In this document: in pieces, positions 53,949 to 64,000 of the stretch
How positions within the stretch are numbered: the first letter of the stretch is position 1
Layout: the number at the start of each line of letters is the position of its first letter
DNA from: Octopus bimaculoides
Taxonomy: Eukaryota
DNA: 64,000 nt
Assembly: GCF_001194135.2 (NCBI RefSeq)
Contig: NC_068989.1
Span: 32,277,380-32,341,379 of the forward strand
Direction: 5' to 3'
Translations under genes and position numbers: made by a program
Notes under the pieces: model-generated
Databases searched by the model: none
Told to the model about the DNA's origin: nothing
Seen by the model: only the letters and a program-made list of their open reading frames with translations

Positions 53949-54975
53949 GTAAGTTAACTTGCAAAATTTCACTTGTCTATATTTTCCATTGTTCTTTACA
54001 GAAATCTGTTTCATGTAAAAGAGATAAAGTTAAATTAAATTATCATTTGTCCATTTAGAAATTGAAATCTCTCAACACCTTACTTAAGCTCAGCTTGTGT
54101 CACCATCATCTTTTCTTCTCTCCCTCTCAGAACAGCGAGAACTCAGTATTCTTGCAAGTCACACAACAACCTTACTAATGTTAATGCCACTATAAAATAT
54201 ACCCAGTGCATTCTGTTAAGTGGTTAGCAAATTGGGCAGAGACAATGTAGAGTTAAGAGGACTCTTAAGTGTTGCTGAGAGCATAATAACCTCTTGAATA
54301 CTGGTGCTACAATAAAAAAATACACCCAGTACACTTTGCAAAGTGGCTGGTATTAGGACAGATATCAACCTTACAAGTCATACCAGAAATGATATGTCTT
54401 CTGATTCATCTAAGAGTGTAGTAATTGTAAATAAGAACTAACTCGGGTTATGACAATCCATTCTAGCATGGAAAATGAGCAAAATGGATGATGGTGAATT
54501 TGAGATTTTCAAAACTTTTCCAAATCAGTTAGTTGTAGCTGGCATGTGACAGTTTGCTCATAGTTTCTTTCACTCAGTTTTAATCACTATTCTTTGTTAA
54601 ATTCTTCTGTATGATTTATTTGGATTAGTTATTGAAAGTTAACTGAAAATGAACCTATACTTACACAAATAAGGGAATACTCAAGCAAGCTGCCTTTTCT
54701 GTCTTGCGTTACATACAATCCCTTTAGCAATTCTTCTCTCCTTCTGAATCCTCTTTACTACTTGAGTTTTTGATTTCTATGTTGTATTCTTTGAACAAGG
54801 CTAGTATATAGCCTTAAAGAAAATTGTAAAATATTAAGTAATTAGCTTCTCACAAGAATTAAAAAGCAATATTCGCTTACACGATATCCATTTTAGAATT
54901 TTACGAATGAAATGCATGCTTTAATATTAATCTTAATGTTGTTCAGTTCAAAAAAACATCTCAATAAATTTTCAG

Positions 54976-55279
54976 ATATGCTGTAATCTTGGCTTTTGAT
55001 GTTAAGATTGAGCGGGATGCTCAGGAACTTGCTGACACATTAGGTGTGCGGATATTTTCTGCAGACATAATTTATCACTTGTTTGATAAATTTATGACTT
55101 ACAGAGAGGAATTAAAAAAAAAGCGCCAGGGGGAATTCCGACATATTGCTGTTTTTCCTTGCAAGTTACGTGTCATGCCTGAATACATTTTCAATTCTCG
55201 AGACCCTATTGTTGTTGGTGTATGTGTAGAAGCTGGCTTTGTCAAAGAAGGGACACCTTTGTGTGTGCCATCCAAAGAG
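54976..55279 (+). CDS. EIF5B: eIF5B exon, domains III-IV (YAVILAFDVKIERDAQ...GTPLCVPSKE)
   Basis: tttcag/gttagt borders, 304 nt, phase 2-0. Confidence 0.97.
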
Positions 55280-55539
55280 GTTAGTCACTAATTTGTATAT
55301 CTTTTTTTCTTTCCTTTTCAGATTGAATCAAATTTCTTCGCACACACGTATATATTAATACATTTGTACATACATTGCATGTATACTTGATTATAGTGTA
55401 TATGCGTATGCTTTATTAAAGTAATAGAAGCAGGTACAACATATTTTATTAGGAAGAAAATGAGCTGAGACTGTGATTTGGTTCTGTACCAGGATAGAAT
55501 GCCACTGATACTCTCTTAGCGAGAAAACTAGAAAAGTTT

Positions 55540-56160
55540 CAAAGGGCAGGCCACTTAACTCAGCATTCATTGACCTGGAGAAGGCCTTTGACTCTGTATT
55601 GTGGTCGACAATAAGGAAAGTGGTGTAAGTGAATTTATAGGAGCCTTGCAAACCATGTATAGAGGTACTATCAGCAAGGTGTACACTAGTTATGACATCA
55701 ACAAAGAATTTAATAGAAGCAAAATTTATAATCAAGATGCTTCCAGTTAAACTTAGCAAAGACTAAGGTGTTAATATGGATGAAAGACAAGCCTTTGGGT
55801 GGGGTCTTGAGGAAAATGGTCATATTCCATATCCGGAAAGGGAGCTGGGGCAAACTCCATCTCCAGAAAGGGAACTGGGGCAAACTCCATATCCAGAATG
55901 GGAGCTGGGGCAAACTCCGTATCCAGAAGGGCAGCTGGGGCAAGCTCCGTACCCAGAAAGGCAGCTAGGGCAAGCTCTGTACCCAGAAAGGCAGCTGGGG
56001 CAAGCTCTGTATACAGAAGGGGAGCTGGGGCAAGCACAAGTTCCATATAAAGCTATGGACACACAAAAGATGTACAGGAATGCAAGCAAACTAACACAGA
56101 AGGTATGCTTCATGTGTGCAGATGCAATTTGCTTCAAGAATATACTGGGAATTAATTCTC
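55540..56160 (+). mobile_element. Old RTE RT fragment containing a minisatellite
   Basis: AFIDLEKAFD, LNLAKTK and ctatggacacacaaaagatgta (LWTHKRC). Confidence 0.75.
55826..56035. repeat. 30-bp minisatellite, 7 units
   Basis: Unit about tccatatccagaaagggagctggggcaaac; 210 bp = 7x30 exactly. Confidence 0.95.
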
Positions 56161-56593
56161 ATAAATAGATAACCATAGCTACTGTTGCCAGCGCTTACCT
56201 TGTTTCCTAGCAAGGTGATATTTACCTGTGGTTGGTCTTGACTTCACAGATTAGTTGGTAACTAAGGATACCACTTGTAAAACAGAATCACACATTTACA
56301 ACTATTGCACAATGTCATGGCAAGGAGACACCAACATGATGGATTTCTTTCAGTTTTTGTCACAAGGCCCAGAGCTACAGTGGATGCCCAAGGTGCCATG
56401 CAATGGGATTGAACTTGAAAACCACTTGATTGAGAAATGAACTGTTCGTAGGGACATGCTCAGACCACTCAAAGTACAGAACTTGAAATAAGTGTGAGTG
56501 TTTTAGTATCAATCAGTTTTACTCATGAAATCCAGCAAAATATAATTTTTGTTTGATTCAATGGCTCTCAAAGGACTCCATCATATCATCATA

Positions 56594-57438
56594 CGAGGTG
56601 GTTTCAAAAAGTTCCTGAACTAGTTCTGTAGCACAACAGATCGCAGCACATGGTTGCGTGCGTAGTGAGAGTGAGCAGTAAACTTCATGAAGCAGTATGC
56701 CAAGTGACATCACTGTGTTTACTTCACAAGTTGTGGAATTTGTGTTTTTATGATCATGTGTGTACTGTAGTCTGCAATTTTGTCATTGAAAGGGACAAAG
56801 AGCCAATGCGAAATTTTACGTTAAACTTTGGAAATTTTCTACAGAGACATTGGGCATGCTTTGGCAACCTTAAAGCAATTAGGCAAAGGGTTGTACACAG
56901 TGTTTTGAGTGGCACAGGCACTTCTAAAGTGGAAGAATGTCCTTGGAAGCTGATGAGTGATCTGGAAGAACTGCTATGAGTATCACCTGCAGAAATGTGG
57001 TACTGTGCATCGAGAATTCATCTCCCAGGGCCAGACCATCAATCAAGAGTTCTACTGTGATGTTTTGAAGTGTTTGAGGGATGACATTCAGCAAAAGTGA
57101 CTGGATCTGTGGATCGCAAAGAATTGGATTCTTCGTGATGACAATGCATCTACCCTATTCACCGGATTTAGCACCTGCTGACTTCCATCTCTTCCCTAAG
57201 ATGAAAATGCAACTCAAAGGTCACCATTTTAACACTGTTATCGAGGTCCAGAGCGAATAACAGAAGGTCCTCGACTCATGGAAAACAACTTGCAGGCCAG
57301 ATTCCAAAAGTGGCAGGAATGTTGGGACTGGTGTATTGTTGCACAAACTGACTGTTCCAAAGATGATGTTAAAACTTAGGTAAATAAGTTATTTTTTATT
57401 AAACGTAATTAATCTTGGAACTTTTAGATACCACCTCA
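56594..57438 (+). mobile_element. mariner (DD34D) internal-deletion derivative
   Basis: TA|cgaggtggtttcaaaaagttcc ... ggaacttttagataccacctca|TA. Motifs WILRDDNA and YSPDLAPADFHLFPKMK. Confidence 0.88.
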
Positions 57439-57805
57439 TAGATATAGGGTTGCAAGTGGAGATGAGTTATGCAACAGGAGCTACATTAAGGTTGAGTACA
57501 TTAGAATCGATGAAGGTAATGGTGATAGAAGAGTTGATATTGAAATGGATGGGGTGTGGTTCTGAAGTAGGGGTAGTGATATTAAAGGATGGGTGTATGT
57601 CATGTTGCTTGATAAATGATGAATGCATGTATATATATATATATATAAGTTGTAATAATGAAGTCAAACCATATAATGATATTTTGAAATAATTTAATAC
57701 GTTTCGGGTTTGCGTAAAGAAATGCTTCTGTTATGTAAACCTTCTTCAGTTACGGCATTTCAAAATATGACGAAATTGGTGGAATTATTTTAGTATATGA
57801 CTACC

Positions 57806-60180
57806 ATGGTAGATAAAGCAATTAAGAGTATGAAGACAGGGAAAGCCCCCAGCCCATCAGGAATCACTGCAGAGATGCTCAAAATATCTGGCAGTGTCGG
57901 CTATAGCCTAGTCACCCGTATTGTTAGCCAGGTGATACACGAAGGAGTCATACCCAATGACTGGTGTAGCAGCACCATAGTCAACTGCTACAAAGGTAAA
58001 GGTGATGCTTTAGATACAAATAATTACAGAGGCATCAAGCTGTTAGATCAGATAACGAAAGTCACGGAGAGGGTCATAGCCCAACTACTTAGGGAGCAAG
58101 TCAGTTTAGATGAGATGCAGTTTGGGTTTGTGCCAGGTAAAAGCACCACTGATGCCGTATTTCTGGTAAGGCAGCTGCAGGAGAAATACCTAGCCAAAGA
58201 TAAACCTCTGTACCTGGCTTTCGTTGACATGGAGAAAGCCTTTGACAGGGTCCCCCGCTCCCTTATCTGGTGGGCAATGAGGAAACTAGGGATAGAAGAA
58301 TGGTTAGTGAGAGCTGTGTGAGCCATGTACAGAGACGCTGTCAGTAAGGTGAGGGTTGGCAACGAGTACAGTGAAGAATTCCGGGTAGAGGTAGGAGTCC
58401 ACCAAGGTTCAGTCCTCAGCCCCCCTCCCCTGTTTATCATAGTCCTCTAGGCGATAACAGAGGAATTCAAGACAGGATGCCCCTGGGAGCTCCTCTATGC
58501 TGATGACCTTGCACTAATTGCTGATTCACTATCAGAGCTAGAGAAGTTTCAGGTGTGAAAGCAAGGACTAGAATCGAAGGGCCTTAGAGTCACCCTAGCT
58601 AAAACCTAAGTCCTAATAAGTAGGAAGGTAGACAAAACACAAACCCCTTCAAGTAGATAGCCCTGCTCGATCTGTAGAAAAGGCGTAGGTAGAAACTCTA
58701 TAAGATGTACCCAGTGTAAGCTATGGACACATAAGAGATGCAGCAATATCAAAGGAAGGCTAACTAGGAAGATAGTTTTTGCATGTGGCAGATGTTCAGG
58801 GGCAATAAACACTGAAAATGTGCAGAAAACAAAATCTGCCACATTCCAGGGAGAAAAACTAGACGTAGTTGATAGCTTGCACTATCTAGATGACCAAGTT
58901 AGTAGTGGGGGAGGGTGCGCTGAAAGTGTAGCTGCTAGAATAAGAATAGCCTGGGCAAAGTTCAGAGAGCTCTTACCTCTGCTGGCGACAAAGGGCCTCT
59001 CACTCAGAGTAAAAGGCAGACTGTATGACGCATGTGTACAAACAGCCATGCTACATGGCAGTGAAACATGGGCCATGACTGCTGAGGACATGCGTAGGCT
59101 CGCAAGGAATGAAGCCAGTATGCTCCGATGGATGTGTAATGTCAGTGTGCATACTAGACAGAGTGTAAGTACCGTGAGAGAAANNNNNNNNNNNNNNNNN
59201 NNNNNNNNNNNNNNNNNNNNNNNNNNNNNNNNNNNNNNNNNNNNNNNNNNNNNNNNNNNNNNNNNNNNNNNNNNNNNNNNNNNNNNNNNNNNNNNNNNNN
59301 NNNNNNNNNNNNNNNNNNNNNNNNNNNNNNNNNNNNNNNNNNNNNNNNNNNNNNNNNNNNNNNNNNNNNNNNNNNNNNNNNNNNNNNNNNNNNNNNNNNN
59401 NNNNNNNNNNNNNNNNNNNNNNNNNNNNNNNNNNNNNNNNNNNNNNNNNNNNNNNNNNNNNNNNNNNNNNNNNNNNNNNNNNNNNNNNNNNNNNNNNNNN
59501 NNNNNNNNNNNNNNNNNNNNNNNNNNNNNNNNNNNNNNNNNNNNNNNNNNNNNNNNNNNNNNNNNNNNNNNNNNNNNNNNNNNNNNNNNNNNNNNNNNNN
59601 NNNNNNNNNNNNNNNNNNNNNNNNNNNNNNNNNNNNNNNNNNNNNNNNNNNNNNNNNNNNNNNNNNNNNNNNNNNNNNNNNNNNNNNNNNNNNNNNNNNN
59701 NNNNNNNNNNNNNNNNNNNNNNNNNNNNNNNNNNNNNNNNNNNNNNNNNNNNNNNNNNNNNNNNNNNNNNNNNNNNNNAGGCAAGTGATATCGAAATTGA
59801 ACTAAATTCGACGACTGGCACCCATGCCAATGTCGTCTCCTTCATTGGACACTAAACTCAGCTTGCGAAGACCTGTTGGGGCAACTGAAAGCGAAATCGG
59901 GGTGGCACCTGTGCCGCTGAACTGGCTCCTGTGCATGTGGCACATAAAATACACTATTTTGAGCGTGGCCATTGCCAGTACCGCCTGACTGGCCTTCGTG
60001 CCAGTGGCACGTAAAAGCACCCACTACACTCTCGGAGTGGTTGGCGTTAGGAAGGGCATCCAGCTGTAGAAACTCTACCAAATCAGATTGGAGCCTGGTG
60101 TAGCCATCTGGTTCACCAGTCCTCAGTCAAATCGTCCAACCCGTGCTAGCATGGAAAGCAGATGTTAAATGATGATGATG
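57806..60180 (+). mobile_element. RTE LINE, 5'-truncated, young (N gap inside)
   Basis: KAPSPSGI...QFGFVPGKST...FVDMEKAFDRV, GVHQGSVLSP, LLYADDLALI, PHD-like finger and MLHGSETW. Tail gatgttaaatgatgatgatg. Several stops. Confidence 0.94.
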
Positions 60181-60262
60181 AAAGCAGTGAATCAGCTACT
60201 AAGTTAAGAGAGTAGATATGTATGTTGAAGGGAGAAAAAATATTATTTTATATATATATATA

Positions 60263-60665
60263 GGCGCAGGAGTGGCTGTGTGGTAAGTAGCTTGCTTACC
60301 AACCACATGGTTCCGGGTTCAGTCCCACTGCGTGGCACCTTGGGCAAGTGTCTTCTACTATAGCCTCGGGCCGACCAAAGCCTTGTGAGTGGATTTGGTA
60401 GATGGAAACTGGAAGAAGTCCGTCGTATATATGTATATATATGTATGTGTTTGTGTGTCTGTGTTTGTCCCCCCACCCCCACCCAGCATCGCTTGACAAC
60501 CGATGCTGGTGTGATCATGTCCCCGTAACTTAGCGGTTCGGCAAAAAGTGACCCGATAGAATAAGTACTAGGCTTACAAAGAATAAGTCCTGGGGTTGAT
60601 TTGATTCGACTAAAGGCGGTGCTCCAGCATGGCCGCAGTCAAATGACTGAAACAAGTAAAAGAGT
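60263..60665 (+). mobile_element. tRNA-derived SINE, full length, inserted in a (TA)n tract
   Basis: Same family as 13799-14186. tatata lies on both flanks. Confidence 0.9.
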
Positions 60666-61149
60666 ATATGTATATATACAAAATGCACATTAAAATATCA
60701 AACAACATAGCAATTTTACATGGAAAGTTATTAGTGACCTCACTTGTATAAAGCTTAATATAGTTGGAATATTCCCATAGGTACCAAAAACCACCTGGAA
60801 AATGCAAGCTTAAAGCAGCTGTTTTTTGCACTTGTTGCTGACAATGTGTTCTAAAGAGAGAGAATAAGAGGAAGAAATAAATGGTGATAGTGATGTATTA
60901 GTACATACCCACAAGGTAGGGTGGGATGTGTGTAAGTAGTACAGAGGCAATAGAGTAGGATGTTGCATAAGAGTGTGAGGGGAGATGTTAGAGATGGGGA
61001 AGAAGTGACTAGTAAATGATAGTGAGAGAAATTGGGGTGGCGAGACAGGATATGTGAGGGCAATTAAGCATGTAGAGGGGGCATGCAGCAGGTGGTAATC
61101 ATGGATTGGGGGAAGTGGGGTTGATTGTGGGTGGGATGTGGGGAGTTTC

Positions 61150-61470
61150 ACCATAAAGGACATGCCTGTATGGCCTTGATTTTACTTAGCTTAATGTGTC
61201 TTCTCAAGCACAGCAAATCACCAGTTGTCTCAGTCCTTTGTCATCTCTGTGAAGCTCAACATCTGAAGATCATTTCTCACCACTTTGTCCCCTGTTTTCC
61301 TTGCTCTACCCCTTCCACAGATTCCCTCCACAATTAGAAATTGTTACTTCATCCATATGCATCACATGCCCATATCAGTGCTAACACATTTACACTTTGT
61401 TGTACATGCACACTGACAATTCACATCCTGCAAAGAATGCTGGCTTCATCTCCCTCAAACCTTCGTATGT
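61150..61470 (-). mobile_element. Old RTE 3' fragment
   Basis: ctcaacatctgaagatcatttctcaccactttgtcc...cacactgacaattcacatcc, antisense to the RTE ORF end. Confidence 0.55.
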
Positions 61471-61613
61471 CCTAGATACTGGAATTAGGAATAGTCAATG
61501 TATAAAATAATACTATACACTTAAGTCCTGTAATTTATTGCCATTGTAGGTTGTGGAAGATAATGCATAGTAACATGTTTCAATAGCTTGCATCACTAAG
61601 TTCATTCTCTAAA

Positions 61614-63613
61614 CCCTTTTGTTACCATATTTCTAACCAAAATACACCGCTTATGTGTTTCAATTAATTTCTAACATAATCATAAATTTAGCCTAGTTTC
61701 ATTAAACAACTCTTTTTTTTATTTATCAACATATTAATGTGATTTTTTTTCTATTCCATAATTTTTGTCTAAAAGTGACTCGAATTACAGGTAAATTCAA
61801 CAAAATATAAAATTATTTAAATTTTGTTCAAACATCACTATAGAAAATGGGTTACTAGCTAATATTCAATTGGGTATACAGCAAAATTTTACTATAGAAC
61901 AGCTGTGCACATTACTGGATTTATCAGCTGAATTTAAACGCACAAAAGACAGGTGTACCATAAAGGTATAAATAAAACGAAAGACTGGAATTTGTGAAGA
62001 AAACTAGAAATACACACACCATCAACTAAATGAAATAAACTCTCCCACATACATAGATACACAGAATCTTACAATAATGATTTACAAAAGAAATTAATCA
62101 AAATTCATCACTCACCTTACAGGTAAATCAAAATAACACAAAGAAAAAGAAAAATGAAGTCAATTTGAAAATATTTATAAAATCAAATTGCACATATATA
62201 CAGATCAAACAATATTCCTATCATGGAAACTTGTAAAGCACCCTGCTCTACATAATGCAACCTTGCAGAATGCACATTTGAAAGTTGTTTCAACAGACCT
62301 TCCACTTAGAGCTTTCCTTTTTTGATGAAGGCATTTGCAACACTACTTTTTGCAATGCTTGATTTTTTTTTCTAATTTTTGGAGATCGGCTGAATTCAGA
62401 GGGATATCCCTCTGGCAGGCTTTGTTTTTCTCCCTACAGTTTTTTTTTTTTTTTTAGGAATAACCAGCTCTCTCAATTGTGTTGCTATATCTGTTCAGAA
62501 CTGCAGATGGTCACATCGCTTTCAAGCCGGTCCCAATTTGGTATATAGTATAAATGCATTAATAATACTCATATTTACTATATACCAAACCAGGTATCGC
62601 CACCATTTATTCCCCGGTCTGCCAACTGGATAATAAGACATCATCTGATTCAGCCGATCTACACCACCCATGTACCTGTTGTAATCGAGGTTCACAAATG
62701 GGGTGCTATTTTCATCCACATGTGGCCGTGCACAGGTAGACAGAAAATTGATCTGCCACTTATCTCTATGCGGTCGCTAATAAATTTCCTTTCTGCCATA
62801 GAATTATTTCACCTTTTTTTTTCAATTTTGCTTTTTTTTATATCCAATGGCAGTCTTTTTCTACTAGCAATTATTATAGCACACGTATACGTTGTCACAG
62901 CTTCTAAATGCACCACAACTTTGACTGAACTGAAAAACTGTTCAAAAAATTATATGCAGCCCTGGTTATGGTATGGAAATGCTAAACTGACCACATCATA
63001 CCTTAGGCCATGCTGACTTAGATAATTGTCTCTTTTGCCAGAATAAGATTCAAATCCAGAGCAGTACCCAGCATTCGATTCACAAGTCTTGCAAACTTTG
63101 ATCCCCCATTTTGTGGGCTTCCTGGCATATAATGTTGAAAACACACTCGGCCTTTATAGCCCACCATACCCTCATCAATGAATAGATATCTCCCTAGTTT
63201 GTAAACTGTTTTATATGTGTTTTGAACACAGTCAATGAGGGGTCTTATTTTAAATAAGGGATCAAAGTCTGGTTCTCCAAATACGGGTGTACTGCTCGTG
63301 TCTCTCACATATAAATATTGCGTCAATTTTAAAAACCGTGTCCTTGTCATTATACTTGAGACATGTTCGTCTGCAAAGGGTTCATCACTACTCCAGTAAT
63401 TTTTAATTCTGAGTAGCTTTCTAATGCCCATAATAATAATTATGGCAAAATATGCTCTAATTTCATTTAAGCTTGTGGGAAATCACAAACTGTCCTTTAT
63501 TTCACTTTGTTTACTTTCACCATAACAGTTTGTTTCCACCATAATTATTTCAAACAAGCTAAGAGGAAAAAGTAAAAGGAAATAGTCTAAAGCTTTGCTC
63601 TCCTGGTAAAGAC
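61614..63613 (-). mobile_element. piggyBac copy C (same family), interrupted at 63614
   Basis: cccttttgttacca terminus. Colinear with copy B through the 3'UTR, Cys-rich domain, YMGGVDRLNQ and LFIDEGM. Confidence 0.9.
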
Positions 63614-64000
63614 TAGGGCTCGCACAAAACCGAGTTTAAGTACAAGTAATTCTCAAAACCGGTTAAAAACCGGTTTTCGTGGATTTAGAGCGGTGTCCCT
63701 GTAACGAAGAAGTTTGTCATATATTGTATTTTGTTTATATACATACACAGAGAAAGAGAGAAAGTAACAGTTTGACTGATATCCACAAATATGTTGGTGG
63801 TGCCTGTATCTGTATCTATGTACAAACAATAACAAAAAATAATGGTATTATATTTATTTAATCAGGAATGCAACGTTTTTCCAAGTCGTATTTTTGAGAA
63901 TCAATCAAGTTTCTTGACTTGCTTGATGATTCACTTTCCTTCGAAAATAATCTTTTAAAAAACACAATGCATTCAGTGTTTTACCTGACAAACTTGTCCT
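63614..64000. mobile_element. End of an unclassified, possibly hAT/Ac-like DNA element
   Basis: Abrupt switch to tagggctcgcacaaaaccg, with repeated aaaccg and the palindromic aaaaccggttaaaaaccggtttt. The other end is not in the window. Confidence 0.4.

Larger units (their letters stand above)
3500..55279 (+). other. EIF5B: eIF5B gene, partial (14 internal coding exons; 5' and 3' exons outside the window)
   Basis: Exons join in one stop-free frame with consistent phases and GT-AG borders. The product carries the eIF5B/IF2 motifs GHVDTGKT (G1), DTPGHESF (G3), NKID (G4, split across an intron) and PTSAHTGDGM. Confidence 0.97.

Noticed and set aside
55776-56168. ORF with PYPERELGQT repeats as a novel repetitive protein, or the array as CRISPR
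   Set aside because: The units are contiguous with no spacers. They lie in an eIF5B intron inside an RTE relic and are explained as a LINE-derived minisatellite.
55280-64000. Remaining eIF5B 3' exons (expected FVDIGxVTSIE..)
   Set aside because: I found no matching exon. It is assumed to lie beyond the window or in a gap.

Overview
AT-rich animal genomic DNA with six N-gaps. It is very probably an octopus, inferred from the SINE and RTE repeat families rather than from a search. The window lies inside one plus-strand housekeeping gene, eukaryotic translation initiation factor 5B (eIF5B). Fourteen internal coding exons (3500-55279; 1,904 nt, about 634 codons) splice in frame with GT-AG borders and cover the acidic N-terminal region, the G domain and domains II-IV. 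The first and last exons lie outside the window. The introns are packed with mostly dead transposons: a Gypsy relic, many 5'-truncated RTE LINEs, tRNA-derived SINEs, three piggyBac copies, Helitrons, a pogo/Tigger element, Tc1, maT and mariner elements, and hAT relics. Four structures stand out: (1) a piggyBac inserted into an internal TTAA of an older copy of its own family, which also took up a Helitron, two RTEs and a SINE (16.3-25.8 kb); (2) a 401-bp insertion with a 12-bp target duplication, carrying a tRNA-Thr(CGT)-like cloverleaf and interleaved inverted repeats that imply a roughly 295-bp tandem or circular source (33.36-33.76 kb); (3) a 7x30-bp minisatellite derived from the PHD-like finger coding sequence of an RTE; (4) an 840-bp foldback just after an exon. 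I found no CRISPR, rRNA or prokaryotic system. All calls were made by eye and from recalled family motifs; no searches were run.
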